Shown: piece after piece, positions 50,409-60,046 of the stretch | Position numbering within the stretch: position 1 is the stretch's first letter | How the letters are laid out: every line of letters starts with the position of its first letter | From: Thalassobaculaceae bacterium | GTDB lineage: Bacteria; Pseudomonadota; Alphaproteobacteria; Thalassobaculales; Thalassobaculaceae | Assembly (NCBI GenBank): GCA_963422445.2 | Contig: OY729512.2 | Span: forward strand, 4,787,566-4,851,565 | Direction: 5' to 3' | Length of the DNA: 64,000 bases | Notes under the pieces: generated by a model | What the model was told of the DNA's origin: nothing | The model's input: only the letters and a program-made list of their open reading frames with translations | Databases searched by the model: none | Translations under genes and position numbers: made by a program

Positions 50409-52439
50409 ATGGACATTGCAACGGAACCCAGAATGACAGATCTATTCAAGGCTGCGGAAGATGCGAACCCGGCGAACTACTCTGCAAAGGACATCGAAGT
50501 TCTGGAAGGTCTGGAACCGGTGCGCCGTCGGCCGGGGATGTATATCGGCGGCAAGGACGAACGGGCAATGCACCATCTGGTTGCGGAAGTTCTCGATAAC
50601 GCCATGGACGAAGCCGTCGCCGGTCACGCCAGCCGCATCGAAATCGAACTGACCGCGGACATGACGGTAAGCATCCGGGACAACGGCCGCGGCATTCCGG
50701 TCGATCCTCATCCCAAATTCAAGGAGAAATCCGCACTTGAGGTCATCCTCACGACATTGCATGCCGGAGGCAAATTCTCCGACAAGGTCTACAGCATATC
50801 CGGTGGCTTGCACGGCGTCGGGGTCTCAGTGGTCAACGCCTTGTGCGACCGATTCAATGTCGAAGTAGCCCGTGGCAAACAGCTGTATACCCAATCCTAC
50901 GCGCGAGGCGTCCCGCTCGGCGCGCTGCTGCGGGCTGGCGCCGTCAACAACCGCCGCGGCACGGCGATCCAGTTCCATCCCGACCCCGAGATCTTTGGCG
51001 AGGCCGCGCGCTTCAGTCCGGCGACAATCTATCGCCTGGCACGATCGAAGGCTTATTTGTTCAAAGGCGTCGAGATCCGCTGGTCCTGTACGCCCGAACT
51101 AATCTCCGGCAAGGACGAGACACCCGTCACCGCCATCCTTCACTATCCCGGCGGTCTGGCAGACTTCCTGTCAAGTACCGTTGGCGACCGTACGCTGATC
51201 GGCGGTCAGATCTTTGCTGGCGATGTTCGCAATGGCAGTGGTGAACATGTCGAATGGGCTGTCACTTGGCCGGACGATCGGGACGACGGCTTCCTTCACA
51301 GCTATTGCAACACGATACCGACGCCAAATGGCGGCACACATGAGAGCGGGTTCCGGGCCGCGCTGCTCAAGGGAATCAAGGCGTATGGCGAGCTTTCGGG
51401 TAACGCGAAACGGATCAATCAGGCGACAGCCGACGACGTCATGGCCGGCACCTGCGTCATGCTGTCAGTGTTCGTGCGCGATCCGCAATTCCAGGGGCAA
51501 ACCAAGGAACGGCTGGTTAGTCCGCAAACCACCCGCATGGTCGAACTGGCAGTCAAGGATTATTTCGATCACTGGCTGTCCGGCGCCCCAGATACCGCCA
51601 ATGCGTTGATCGAAACGGTCGTCGAACGAGCCGAAAATCGGATTCGGCGCAGGCAACAAAAGGAGGTCAGCCGAAAATCGGCGACCCGCAAACTCCGCCT
51701 ACCCGGCAAGCTGACGGATTGCAGCCGCACGGGCACGGACGGCACGGAAATCTTCCTGGTTGAAGGCGATTCGGCGGGCGGGTCGGCCAAACAGGCGCGT
51801 GACCGGACAACACAAGCCATTCTTCCGTTACGCGGAAAGATCTTGAATGTCGCCAGCGCCTCTGTAGAAAAACTTCGCTCGAATAAGGAACTGACGGATC
51901 TTGCCCAGGCTCTCGGCTGCAGGTTCGGCGAACGCTATGACGAAAAAGCCCTGCGATACGAGAAAGTCATCATTATGACCGATGCCGATGTTGACGGTGC
52001 CCATATCGCCTCGCTGCTGATGACGTTCTTCTACCGTGAGTTCCGCCCCCTCGTGGAGAACGGCCATCTCTATCTCGCGATCCCGCCGCTTTACCGGATC
52101 ACCCAAGGCGGCAAGACCCTCTATGCCCGCGATGACGCTCACAAAGACACTCTGATCTCCGAAGCATTCACCGGCCGCGGCAAAATCGAGATCAGCCGGT
52201 TCAAGGGTCTGGGCGAAATGCCGGCAGCGCAGTTGCGCGAAACCACCATGGCGCCGGACAAACGCACCTTATTGAAAGTCTGCATTCCGCCGAAGGCCAA
52301 TGGCGCGTTCCCGGATCCGGATGAACTCGAAAGGAAAGACCTCGAGAAAACCGTCATGACATTGATGGGCAATAAACCGGAGTTACGTTACGCCTACATC
52401 CAGGAAAACGCCCGCTTCGTCGAAGAACTCGATATCTGA
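50409..52439 (+). CDS. parE: DNA topoisomerase IV subunit B (possible start at the Met at 50433)
   Basis: YSAKDIEVLEGLEPVRRRPGMYIGG, GHKL ATPase motifs, Toprim EGDSAGGSAKQARDR. At 676 aa it is too short for GyrB. Confidence 0.9.
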   Translation: MDIATEPRMTDLFKAAEDANPANYSAKDIEVLEGLEPVRRRPGMYIGGKDERAMHHLVAEVLDNAMDEAVAGHASRIEIELTADMTVSIRDNGRGIPVDPHPKFKEKSALEVILTTLHAGGKFSDKVYSISGGLHGVGVSVVNALCDRFNVEVARGKQLYTQSYARGVPLGALLRAGAVNNRRGTAIQFHPDPEIFGEAARFSPATIYRLARSKAYLFKGVEIRWSCTPELISGKDETPVTAILHYPGGLADFLSSTVGDRTLIGGQIFAGDVRNGSGEHVEWAVTWPDDRDDGFLHSYCNTIPTPNGGTHESGFRAALLKGIKAYGELSGNAKRINQATADDVMAGTCVMLSVFVRDPQFQGQTKERLVSPQTTRMVELAVKDYFDHWLSGAPDTANALIETVVERAENRIRRRQQKEVSRKSATRKLRLPGKLTDCSRTGTDGTEIFLVEGDSAGGSAKQARDRTTQAILPLRGKILNVASASVEKLRSNKELTDLAQALGCRFGERYDEKALRYEKVIIMTDADVDGAHIASLLMTFFYREFRPLVENGHLYLAIPPLYRITQGGKTLYARDDAHKDTLISEAFTGRGKIEISRFKGLGEMPAAQLRETTMAPDKRTLLKVCIPPKANGAFPDPDELERKDLEKTVMTLMGNKPELRYAYIQENARFVEELDI

Positions 52440-52617
52440 CGATTCCAAACGATGCGTGATCGCCCGAGCCATCCGGGTTCGCCCCTGTTACTTGCGCTGA
52501 ACGCTCGTGAGGACACGCCGCCAAGCACCCTTGGTTCCAGGGAAGGTCCGATTTATTCCTCAGGAGTCTCTGAAAATCCTTATCGGGCTCTCGACTCGAC
52601 GATAACTCATTGATTTT

Positions 52618-53649
52618 CCTGATTATCACTCAAGCTAAGTGTAACTTGAGCAGCCGCTCCGGCATCGGCGGCGTCCTCAGCGCCACGTAGACCAGTCTGG
52701 GGATGATGTCAGGCAGGTCGAAGCGACGATTGAACCGGTACTCGAACTCCGCCAGATAGCGCTGCGCATATTGGGGTCGAATCACATGGTAGGTGCCGCG
52801 CAAAGCGTTCTTGATGGTGCCGAGGATCGTGTTCACCCATCGAAATTCGGGGCGCTCGACCGCGGCTTTCCCGCCGCCGGTCACCATCGGCTCATGAACG
52901 CAGCCTGCCGCGGTCACGCCATTGAAGCAGCCAACCCATCGCAGAGCACCTGCGTGCCCGGGCTCAGGTGCTGCTGCGCCCAGGCGGCGATTTCGGTAAG
53001 ACGGAAGCCCTCGACCACGGTGAGCGTCACCCGCTGCGGATGTCCCGCCTCATGGGTCTCGACCGCGGCCACGAAAGGGGTCTTGCCCGGTGCCCACGTC
53101 CGCGCTTGCCGCCGCTGCGCTCGCCCCCGAGGGAGGCGTCGTCGAGTTGGATAAACCCGCCGAGCACATGCTCGCGGCCGCGCTCCATACATCACCTGCA
53201 TCAGCGTGTGGCGCATGCGCCATGCGGCGTTGTCGGAGATGCCGAGTTGGCGGTGCAGCGTCATCGCCGATGCACCTTTCTTGTCCTGGATCATGAAGGA
53301 GATGCCATGGAACCACACCGTCAGGGGCAGCTTGGTGGCCTCGAAGATGGTGCCGGCGGTCATGGAGGTCTGGCGGTTGCAGCGATAGCACTGCTGGAGC
53401 TTGTGTGTGGTCAACTGGCAGCCTCGGTCGTGGCCGCAGTTCGGGCACACGAACCCGTTGGGCCAGCGCCATCGGGACAGGGCGTCGAAGCATTGGTCCT
53501 CGGTTCCATAGAGCGAAAGGAACTCGTTGAGGCTGATTCCTTTCTGGAACTGAACCGGGGGTTGCGAGCCATGGAATTCTCCTTCTCTATCATCAAACTA
53601 CATGGCGATATTCTATACTAAATACCGCTTAGATTCGAGAGGAATCAGG
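52618..53649 (-). mobile_element. IS1595-family insertion sequence, copy B (1032 bp)
   Basis: Ends CCTGATTATCACTCAAGC... and ...GAGAGGAATCAGG. Perfect 8-bp TSD TTGATTTT at 52610-52617 and 53650-53657. Confidence 0.92.
52630..53572 (-). pseudogene. IS1595-family transposase, copy B (frameshifted)
   Basis: Split into ORFs 53411-53596, 52914-53450 and 52630-52917. Two extra C after codon 5 (AACCCCCGG versus AACCCGG in copy A). Shares the two copy-A frameshifts near 53184-53193 and 52914-52934. Confidence 0.88.
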
Positions 53650-53804
53650 TTGATTTTTGAAGTTCGAAATGCTTCAAACAGGAGGCGATAGAGTTTTTCA
53701 GAGGTTCCCCAGGGCTGTTCTATCCAGCGGTCGACCCGACGGAGCGAGAGCCCATGTTGTAATTTGCGAGGATCAGCTTGGCGGGTCAGAGCGGGGAAGT
53801 CGAC

Positions 53805-53919
53805 CTATGTATGAAATCCCCAGTCGAAGACCTGCCGGCAGACCGGCGCACCGTGACGGTCGGTCTCCGTCAGCGCGCCGCCACACCCGGCGCAGCCAGA
53901 CGGATCGTGATCCGCGACC
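53805..53919 (-). pseudogene. IS66-family TnpC fragment (continuation across IS630 copy 2)
   Basis: Minus strand reads VADHDPSGCAGCGGALTETDR...CRQVFDWGF, resembling the TnpC zinc-ribbon region H-P..C..CG......RQV-DLP. Confidence 0.55.
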
Positions 53920-55101
53920 TAGTGTCCTGTACGCAAAGTTCGTATTGTTAAGGGGGTGGTGTCGATTCGGGGGGCATGGTGATGCGACTTTCGGTGGAGA
54001 TCAAGCTGAGCGCGGACGAGCGCAACGAGCTTGAGCGGCTGGCGCGCGGGCGCAAAGTCTGGCGAGGCCTGTCCGATCGGGCGCACATCGTGCTGCTGGC
54101 GGCCGAAGGGCTTACCAATGTGCAGATTGGGAGCGTGCTGGGCGTGACCAGCCAGACCGCCAGGAAGTGGCGCAATCGCTTCGCAGAGCATCGTCTTGAC
54201 GGGCTTGACGACGAGCCGCGCTCCGGCCGTCCCCGGCGCATCGATGACGACGCCGTGGCCGAGGTGGTGCGCAAGACGCTTGAGGAGAAGCCTCGTGACG
54301 CGACCCAATGGAGCACGCGCTCGATGGCGCAGGCGACGGGGTATGCGCCGTCGACGGTCAACCGCATCTGGCGAGCCTTTTCCCTTCAGCCGCACAGGAG
54401 CGAGACCTTCAAGCTCTCGGCAGACCCCTACTTCGTGGACAAGACGCGCGACATCGTGGGGCTCTACGTGGACCCGCCGCAGCATGCCATGGTCCTCTGC
54501 GTGGACGAGAAATCGCAGGTTCAGGCCCTCGATCGCACCCAGCCGCTGCTGCCGCTGCGCCCGGGGCAGGTCGAGCGGCGCACTCACGATTACAAGCGCA
54601 ACGGCACGACCTCGCTCTTCGCAGCCCTTGACGTCGCCACAGGCAAGGTCATCGGACAGTGCTATCGGCGCCACCGCAGCGTGGAGTTCCGCAAGTTCCT
54701 GGATCACGTCGAGGCCAACGTGCCGCCCGACCTCGAGATCCACATCGTCATGGACAACTACTCGACCCACAAGACGAAGACGATCCGCGACTGGTTCGCC
54801 CGGCGACCGCGCTGGCATGTTCACTTCACCCCGACCTCTGCCTCGTGGCTCAACCAAGTCGAGCGCTTCTTCGCCGATCTGACAGAGAAGCAGATCCGGC
54901 GCGGGGTTCACCGATCGACCGTCGAGCTGGAGCAGGCGATCACCGGGTACATCGACACCGTCAACGAGGACCCCAAGCCCTTCCGCTGGCACAAGACAGC
55001 CGATGAAATCCTGGCGTCCATCAAGCGCTTCTGCCTCAGGACCCTCGAAACCGCTGCAGCCGCAACATCATAACGGTACGAACTTTGGAATCAGGACACT
55101 A
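53920..55101 (+). mobile_element. IS630-family insertion sequence, copy 2 (1182 bp)
   Basis: Same ends and length as copy 1. Inserted at a CTAG inside the IS66 tnpC remnant. Confidence 0.93.
53976..55073 (+). CDS. IS630-family DDE transposase (intact; protein identical to copy 1)
   Basis: The 365-aa translation in the ORF track is identical to that of 16515-17612. Confidence 0.93.
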   Translation: MVMRLSVEIKLSADERNELERLARGRKVWRGLSDRAHIVLLAAEGLTNVQIGSVLGVTSQTARKWRNRFAEHRLDGLDDEPRSGRPRRIDDDAVAEVVRKTLEEKPRDATQWSTRSMAQATGYAPSTVNRIWRAFSLQPHRSETFKLSADPYFVDKTRDIVGLYVDPPQHAMVLCVDEKSQVQALDRTQPLLPLRPGQVERRTHDYKRNGTTSLFAALDVATGKVIGQCYRRHRSVEFRKFLDHVEANVPPDLEIHIVMDNYSTHKTKTIRDWFARRPRWHVHFTPTSASWLNQVERFFADLTEKQIRRGVHRSTVELEQAITGYIDTVNEDPKPFRWHKTADEILASIKRFCLRTLETAAAATS

Positions 55102-55600
55102 GTTCGGGATCGCGGTCGGGTTCAGGGTCGGTCCTGTGTGTGGCCCAGCTGGCCGCCGCTCGGCTTCGCCGACGGTCCGCGCTGGCTCTGTGTGCGCTTC
55201 GGTGTTGTGGTCTTCTTGTTCAGACCATCGCTGGACGGCGGCTTGCTGCTGGCAGCGCTGTCGAGCGCGGTCTTGTCCTGTTCAAGCGCCGCAGTCGTCT
55301 CGATGAGCGCCGTGGCCAGGCGCGCAACAGCCCCGGCCCCAAGCCTGTGAAGGCCTCGGTAGAGGCGGCGAAATCTTCCGTCCAACCCATTACGGCGTCT
55401 CGGTCTCGACAGCCATCATGGCGGATAGCACCGCAAGGCGTTCGCCCGGCGGCAACATCACGGAGCGCCGGCCCCGATTGGCCGCCCTGCGCTTGATGCG
55501 CTGACGGTCGGTGAAGGTTCGGCCCGCGCAGCGCGCCCGGTCGGATGCGAAGGTGAACCAAACGACCTCGGTCCGCACCAGACCTTGGGTAACCACCTGC
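55102..55600 (-). pseudogene. IS66-family remnants: TnpC N-terminal fragment (55102-55385) and degenerate TnpB C-terminal fragment (about 55390-55600)
   Basis: ORF 55122-55385 contains SSKPPSSDGLNKKTTTPKRTQSQRGPSAKPSGGQLGH, the hallmark TnpC N-terminal motif. The upstream frame ...IKRRAANRGRRSVMLPPGERLAVLSAMM weakly resembles the TnpB C-terminus. Confidence 0.6.
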
Positions 55601-55648
55601 AGCGCCGGCCGGCCAGCCTCTTCTCCGATACACTATTCCTCATTGGAG

Positions 55649-55746
55649 GGCCTCACCTGTCACGACCCCTGTTGCGTTTCGGACTCCGAACTGGGCAAGA
55701 ATTCATGTCGCCAAACTCTTGTCATGGACTCGCTGTTTACAGCGTG
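55649..55746 (-). repeat. About 98-bp dispersed repeat (segments A+B), a fragment of an ISBst12-like transposase gene
   Basis: 55649-55695 matches 16252-16298, and 55694-55746 matches 15094-15143. Homology ends sharply at 55649, next to the IS66 remnant. Confidence 0.55.
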
Positions 55747-56066
55747 GGATCACCGTGGAAGAATGCCGTCGGCCACTTGCACCGTGCACCACGCCTTGTT
55801 ACCCCCGCCGCCGGGACGCGGGGTGCATTGCGGGGTTCCCATGTGCTTCCTATTGTGACACCCGGAAACCGCGCGACGGAACGGAACCCGCTCCTTCAGG
55901 TACACGGCGGACGCTGCCGCTCAAGCGCCGATCGAGCTAACAGCCGGATACGAAACGGGTTGCACCGCCCGATCGCTTGCGGGACAGGAAGCGATCAAGG
56001 ACGCCCTTCGGCGGTTGGTTCTCTCTCTCCCCCCTCCCGCGCCCGCATCCGGTTCCGAGGTCAGGA

Positions 56067-56756
56067 TCACTCGAACATTGCGACAGCCCGGATCGGACTC
56101 CCGGTTCCGCCTCTGATCTTCAGCGGAAATCCAATGAACCGGAATCGCCCCCGTCCCACCAGCTTCTCCAAGTTTACCAGGCATTCCATATGGGTAATGC
56201 CACGCTCGGCGCAGGCGAGATGAGCCTTGAAATTCGGCTCTCCTTCCGGTGCCGGACTGACCGCCTCGACCCCGAACATGAGGATGTCGCGATCGGCAAG
56301 CCAGTGCACGGAGTCGACATGCAGACCAGGAAAGTCATGCTGGTAACCTGGCGTGCCAAACAAGCGCTGGTTCACTCCCATGTGAAGCAGGATCGTATCG
56401 CGCGGCCGGATCTCCTCACCGGACCGGATCAGCGCCACCTCCATCTCCGGAACCGTGATCTCATGGCGCAACGATACATCCGAAAGATCGAGGCAAATCG
56501 CCTCGGTGTAGAAATCCTCGAGCGGCACCTGATCAATCGATCGGGCATCGCCGGCCGGATTGAAATGACACGGCGCGTCAACATGCGTCGCCGAATGATC
56601 GCTCAACGAAAGCGACAGCGATTTCGACGTGAAACGGGTGTCGCCCGCCTGCTTGATTTCCTGGTGATCGTTCCACACCGTCACGATCACCGGCGGATGT
56701 GACGGATGGGCTGGCGTGCGATGATGTATCTCTCTGCTCAGATCAATCATTTCCAT
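56067..56756 (-). CDS. Putative cyclase / kynurenine-formamidase-like hydrolase (ORF extends to 56825)
   Basis: SDHSATHVDAPCHF matches the HxGTHxDxPxH metal site of the cyclase family. Likely start MEMIDLSREIHH. Confidence 0.75.
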   Translation of the reverse strand: MEMIDLSREIHHRTPAHPSHPPVIVTVWNDHQEIKQAGDTRFTSKSLSLSLSDHSATHVDAPCHFNPAGDARSIDQVPLEDFYTEAICLDLSDVSLRHEITVPEMEVALIRSGEEIRPRDTILLHMGVNQRLFGTPGYQHDFPGLHVDSVHWLADRDILMFGVEAVSPAPEGEPNFKAHLACAERGITHMECLVNLEKLVGRGRFRFIGFPLKIRGGTGSPIRAVAMFE

Positions 56757-56824
56757 GACAGTCCTCCTGCGGCCGTCATCCCGTTGACGAAAATTTCTTA
56801 TGACGCGGCCTAATCTATCATACA

Positions 56825-57571
56825 ATGATCATCCGGGACGCAGTGAAGATATCGGGAGGCGAAACCGTGCAGGGACTCGAAGGCAAGGTCATAATTGTGA
56901 CCGGTGCGAACGGCAATCTCGGGAGCGCGGTCGCCCGGGGCGTGGTCGTCGCCGGGGCACGGGCGGTCCTGGCCTGCCGCGGCCGCAACACCCTCGAACG
57001 CGATTTCGGCGGCAATCATTCCGTGTCGATCATTGACGGTGTCAATCTGACCGATCCGGCGGCGACCAACGATTGCGTGGCCCAGGCGGTCGCCCGGTTC
57101 GGCCGGATCGATGGCATAGTTTCGACGGTCGGCGGTTTCGCATTCGCCGAAATCGCGAATGATTCCTACGAAACCTGGCAACGAATGTTTGCGATGAACG
57201 TTCAGACCGCTTTCAACATATGCCGGGCGGCCCTGCCAGGCATGACGGCACGGGGCGACGGCGCCATCGTTCTGATCGGAGCGACGGCGGCGCTGAAGGC
57301 GCCAAGCGGGATTTCGGCGTATGCGGCGTCAAAATCCGGCATCATGCGCCTGACGGAAAGCCTTTCGGCCGAGGTCAAGGCGACTGGCGTTCGGGTGAAC
57401 TGCGTGATGCCCGGTACGATCGATACGCCGCAAAACCGGGACGCCATGCCGGATGCCGACCGCAGTCGCTGGGTTACACCGGCAGCCCTCGCCGATGTCA
57501 TACTGTTCCTGTTATCGGATGCGGCGACTGCCATGACCGGGGCGTTGATTCCGGTGACCGGCAAAGGCTAG
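56825..57571 (+). CDS. SDR-family oxidoreductase
   Basis: GKVIIVTGANGNLGSAVARG Rossmann motif, YAASKSG catalytic YxxxK. 248 aa. Confidence 0.88.
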   Translation: MIIRDAVKISGGETVQGLEGKVIIVTGANGNLGSAVARGVVVAGARAVLACRGRNTLERDFGGNHSVSIIDGVNLTDPAATNDCVAQAVARFGRIDGIVSTVGGFAFAEIANDSYETWQRMFAMNVQTAFNICRAALPGMTARGDGAIVLIGATAALKAPSGISAYAASKSGIMRLTESLSAEVKATGVRVNCVMPGTIDTPQNRDAMPDADRSRWVTPAALADVILFLLSDAATAMTGALIPVTGKG

Positions 57572-57576
57572 ATCCG

Positions 57577-57813
57577 ATGCTGCGTCAGGACGCGATAGCG
57601 AATGCCGAGTCGGTTCTCGCCTGCATTCAGCATTATGCAACCATCGGACTGATCGTGGCCGCGATCTTCCTGATCTGGGGACTCGACCGGATATCCCCGG
57701 AATCACGCGAGTCATGGCTTTTCCGTCTGCTGATCCTGCCCGGCATCGTGGGCCTCTGGCCATTGGTTCTGTGGCGCTGGATCATGCTTGAACGCGCAGG
57801 TCACGGAAAATGA
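57577..57813 (+). CDS. Small two-TM membrane protein (module gene 1)
   Basis: An ATG 5 nt after the SDR stop gives MLRQDAIANAESVLACIQHYATIGLIVAAIFLIWGL...LLILPGIVGLWPLVLW. It is part of ORF 57220-57813 in the track. Confidence 0.55.
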   Translation: MLRQDAIANAESVLACIQHYATIGLIVAAIFLIWGLDRISPESRESWLFRLLILPGIVGLWPLVLWRWIMLERAGHGK

Positions 57814-57953
57814 AACAGCCCCATCGACAGGCGCATTTCCGGATCTGGCTGGCACTGGCAATTCTGCTCGCCCTGGGCTTTGGCGCGGGGCTGGTCATCA
57901 AACAGCCGGTTCCGGTCGAAATCGCTCCGCTGGATGGCGGAGGCCGGCAATGA
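57810..57953 (+). CDS. 47-aa single-TM protein (module gene 2), below the ORF-track size cutoff
   Basis: ATGA overlaps at both ends (57810-57813 and 57950-57953). MKQPHRQAHFRIWLALAILLALGFGAGLVIKQPVPVEIAPLDGGGRQ. Confidence 0.45.
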   Translation: MKQPHRQAHFRIWLALAILLALGFGAGLVIKQPVPVEIAPLDGGGRQ

Positions 57954-59023
57954 CGGTCACCTTTCGTCCGGTTCAGTGGAATCGCAACAAACTGGTCTAC
58001 GACCTGGTCCTGGTCGCCAGCATCACGGTCTATATCCTGCTGTTTCTGCGCTTCGCACCGGGCTGGCTCGATGTCCGTCCAGTTGGCGGCGCTGAACTGC
58101 GGATGCGGGCCTTCGGGTCGTGCGCCTACATCATGCTGCATATCGTCCTGATCATCGGCCCTCTGGCACGTCTTGACCGGCGCTTTCTGCCACTGCTTTA
58201 CAATCGTCGGCATTTTGGTGTCGCCATGTTCTTCATAGCCGTGGCCCACGCCTGGTATGTCATCAGCTGGTATCAGGCGTTCAGTCCGATCGACAAATAT
58301 GTCGCCGTCCTGGTCGGAAACACCGCTTTCACCTCCTTTTCCGGTTTCCCTTTCGAATATCTCGGACTCGCCGCACTGATGATTCTTTTTGTCATGGCTG
58401 CAACCAGTCATGACTTCTGGCTCGACTTCATCGGCGCACCGGTCTGGAAAGCCATTCATATGGCAGTCTATGTCGCATTCGGATTGCTAGCGATGCATGT
58501 CGTGCTCGGTGTACTCCAAAGCGACCACAGCCTGATCTATCCCCTCCTCGTCGGCGCCGGCCTGCTGCTTGTCATTGCCTTGCATCTCGCCGCCGCGGTG
58601 AAGGAATATCGGGCCGATACCGCCCGGCCGTCAGGCCCGGCACGGTCGATACCCGGCGACGAGACCCCGTGGATTGTCGCGGCCCAGATCGCCGATGTGG
58701 CAGTCGACCGCGGCATCGCCGTTCTGTTGCCGAATGGCGAACGGGCGGCGCTGTTCCGTTCCGGCAACCGGATCTCGGCCATCTCGAATGCCTGCCGCCA
58801 TCAGAATGGCCCCCTGTCGGAAGGCCGAATCATCGATGGCCTCGTCACCTGTCCCTGGCACGGCTATCAGTATTGCCCGGCAAGCGGAAAGGCGCCGGCA
58901 CCGTTCACCGAAAAAGTCGAAATCTACCGGGTTCGGCGCGATGGCGATGTGATCCTGCTCGATCCCAGACCCTTGCCACTGGGCACCGCCAGCGAACCGA
59001 TCGTACTTGAAGGATCGTCGTGA
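57950..59023 (+). CDS. Ferric-reductase-like (MsrQ/YedZ-type) six-TM domain fused to a C-terminal Rieske [2Fe-2S] domain (module gene 3)
   Basis: Six hydrophobic helices with conserved His (MLHIVL, AVAHAWY, ATSHDFW, IHMAVY..AMHVV). C-terminal CRHQNGPL-x-CPWHGYQY (CxH-x16-CxxH). Start MTVTFRPVQW was chosen over the track start at 57788. Confidence 0.75.
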   Translation: MTVTFRPVQWNRNKLVYDLVLVASITVYILLFLRFAPGWLDVRPVGGAELRMRAFGSCAYIMLHIVLIIGPLARLDRRFLPLLYNRRHFGVAMFFIAVAHAWYVISWYQAFSPIDKYVAVLVGNTAFTSFSGFPFEYLGLAALMILFVMAATSHDFWLDFIGAPVWKAIHMAVYVAFGLLAMHVVLGVLQSDHSLIYPLLVGAGLLLVIALHLAAAVKEYRADTARPSGPARSIPGDETPWIVAAQIADVAVDRGIAVLLPNGERAALFRSGNRISAISNACRHQNGPLSEGRIIDGLVTCPWHGYQYCPASGKAPAPFTEKVEIYRVRRDGDVILLDPRPLPLGTASEPIVLEGSS

Positions 59024-59796
59024 TGGCGAAGGACACGAGCCGACCCGCGTTCTTTGTCGGCTACCTGCCGATACCCCGCCCGCTCATCGCCTTTCTTGCA
59101 ATCAGCACGGTCATCATTGTCGGCCTTGCAATCGGCGCCGGGCTGGCAATTGCCCTGACTCAACCGGATCCGGGATCCGGCCGGATGGCCTTTGGCATGG
59201 GGCGCCAGCTCCTGACCGGCTTTATCGACTTGCAACCCTATCCGGTGTTGAGGGTGGCACCACAAAAAGATGGTGAAACGGCGCGCAGCATTGTCCTCTC
59301 CGGCCGCGGCAAACGCGGCATCCTGGGCAGGGCCAGCAGATTCATCGGCCAGCCGGTCGACATTCGTGGCATCTTCATCATCCGGGACAAGACCATGATG
59401 CTCCAGGTCGGAGGCGGCAGGTCGATCCGCAAGGCCACGAAACCGCGGATGCTCGATGGATTTGAGCCAGCCATGGAACTTTCGCTCGGACGGCAGCGGC
59501 TCCGCGGCGAGATTATCGACTCTAAATGCTATCTCGGCGCCATGCGCCCGGGCCAGGGCAAGGTGCACAAAGCCTGCGCCGGACTCTGCCTGATGGGGGG
59601 CATTCCGCCGATGTTTGCGGTCTATCGTGACAACGCGCCGGCAGACCTGCTCTTGCTCGCTGGCCCTGACGGCGGACCGATTCCCGAGACATTCCTGGAT
59701 CAGGTCTCGCACTATGTCTCTCTCGAGGGCGAGGTCCGGCGACGCGACAACCTTCTGATATTCCGGGTTGACCCTGCCAGCCTGCAGGAGCCTTGA
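59020..59796 (+). CDS. Membrane-anchored protein with a conserved Cys motif, function unknown (module gene 4)
   Basis: GTGA overlap with gene 3. N-terminal TM helix LIAFLAISTVIIVGLAIGAGLAIAL, then a soluble domain containing DSKCYLGAMRPGQGKVHKACAGLCLMGGIPP. Confidence 0.7.
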   Translation: MMAKDTSRPAFFVGYLPIPRPLIAFLAISTVIIVGLAIGAGLAIALTQPDPGSGRMAFGMGRQLLTGFIDLQPYPVLRVAPQKDGETARSIVLSGRGKRGILGRASRFIGQPVDIRGIFIIRDKTMMLQVGGGRSIRKATKPRMLDGFEPAMELSLGRQRLRGEIIDSKCYLGAMRPGQGKVHKACAGLCLMGGIPPMFAVYRDNAPADLLLLAGPDGGPIPETFLDQVSHYVSLEGEVRRRDNLLIFRVDPASLQEP

Positions 59797-59806
59797 GGTG
59801 TCAAAT

Positions 59807-60016
59807 ATGGTCCGCCGCATCATCGGTCTCTGTTATGCCGGCGGTATTGGCGCCGGACTCTGGTTCTTGTGGCCGCCAGCAGCGGACCTTCTTCGCGGCA
59901 CCTGGCTCCATGACCTCCGGATCCCCGCAGTGATCATCTATACGTTGTTTGGACTCTGGATCGCCGAGCGAATTTGGGCCATCATCCAGCATCATTTCAA
60001 CAATCGGACTCGCTGA
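59807..60016 (+). CDS. 69-aa two-TM protein (module gene 5)
   Basis: GAGG 8 nt upstream of the ATG. MVRRIIGLCYAGGIGAGLWFLW...IPAVIIYTLFGLWIAERIW. Confidence 0.5.
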   Translation: MVRRIIGLCYAGGIGAGLWFLWPPAADLLRGTWLHDLRIPAVIIYTLFGLWIAERIWAIIQHHFNNRTR

Positions 60017-60046
60017 CCTGTCGCGTAGTCACAGCAGGAGAACCAG

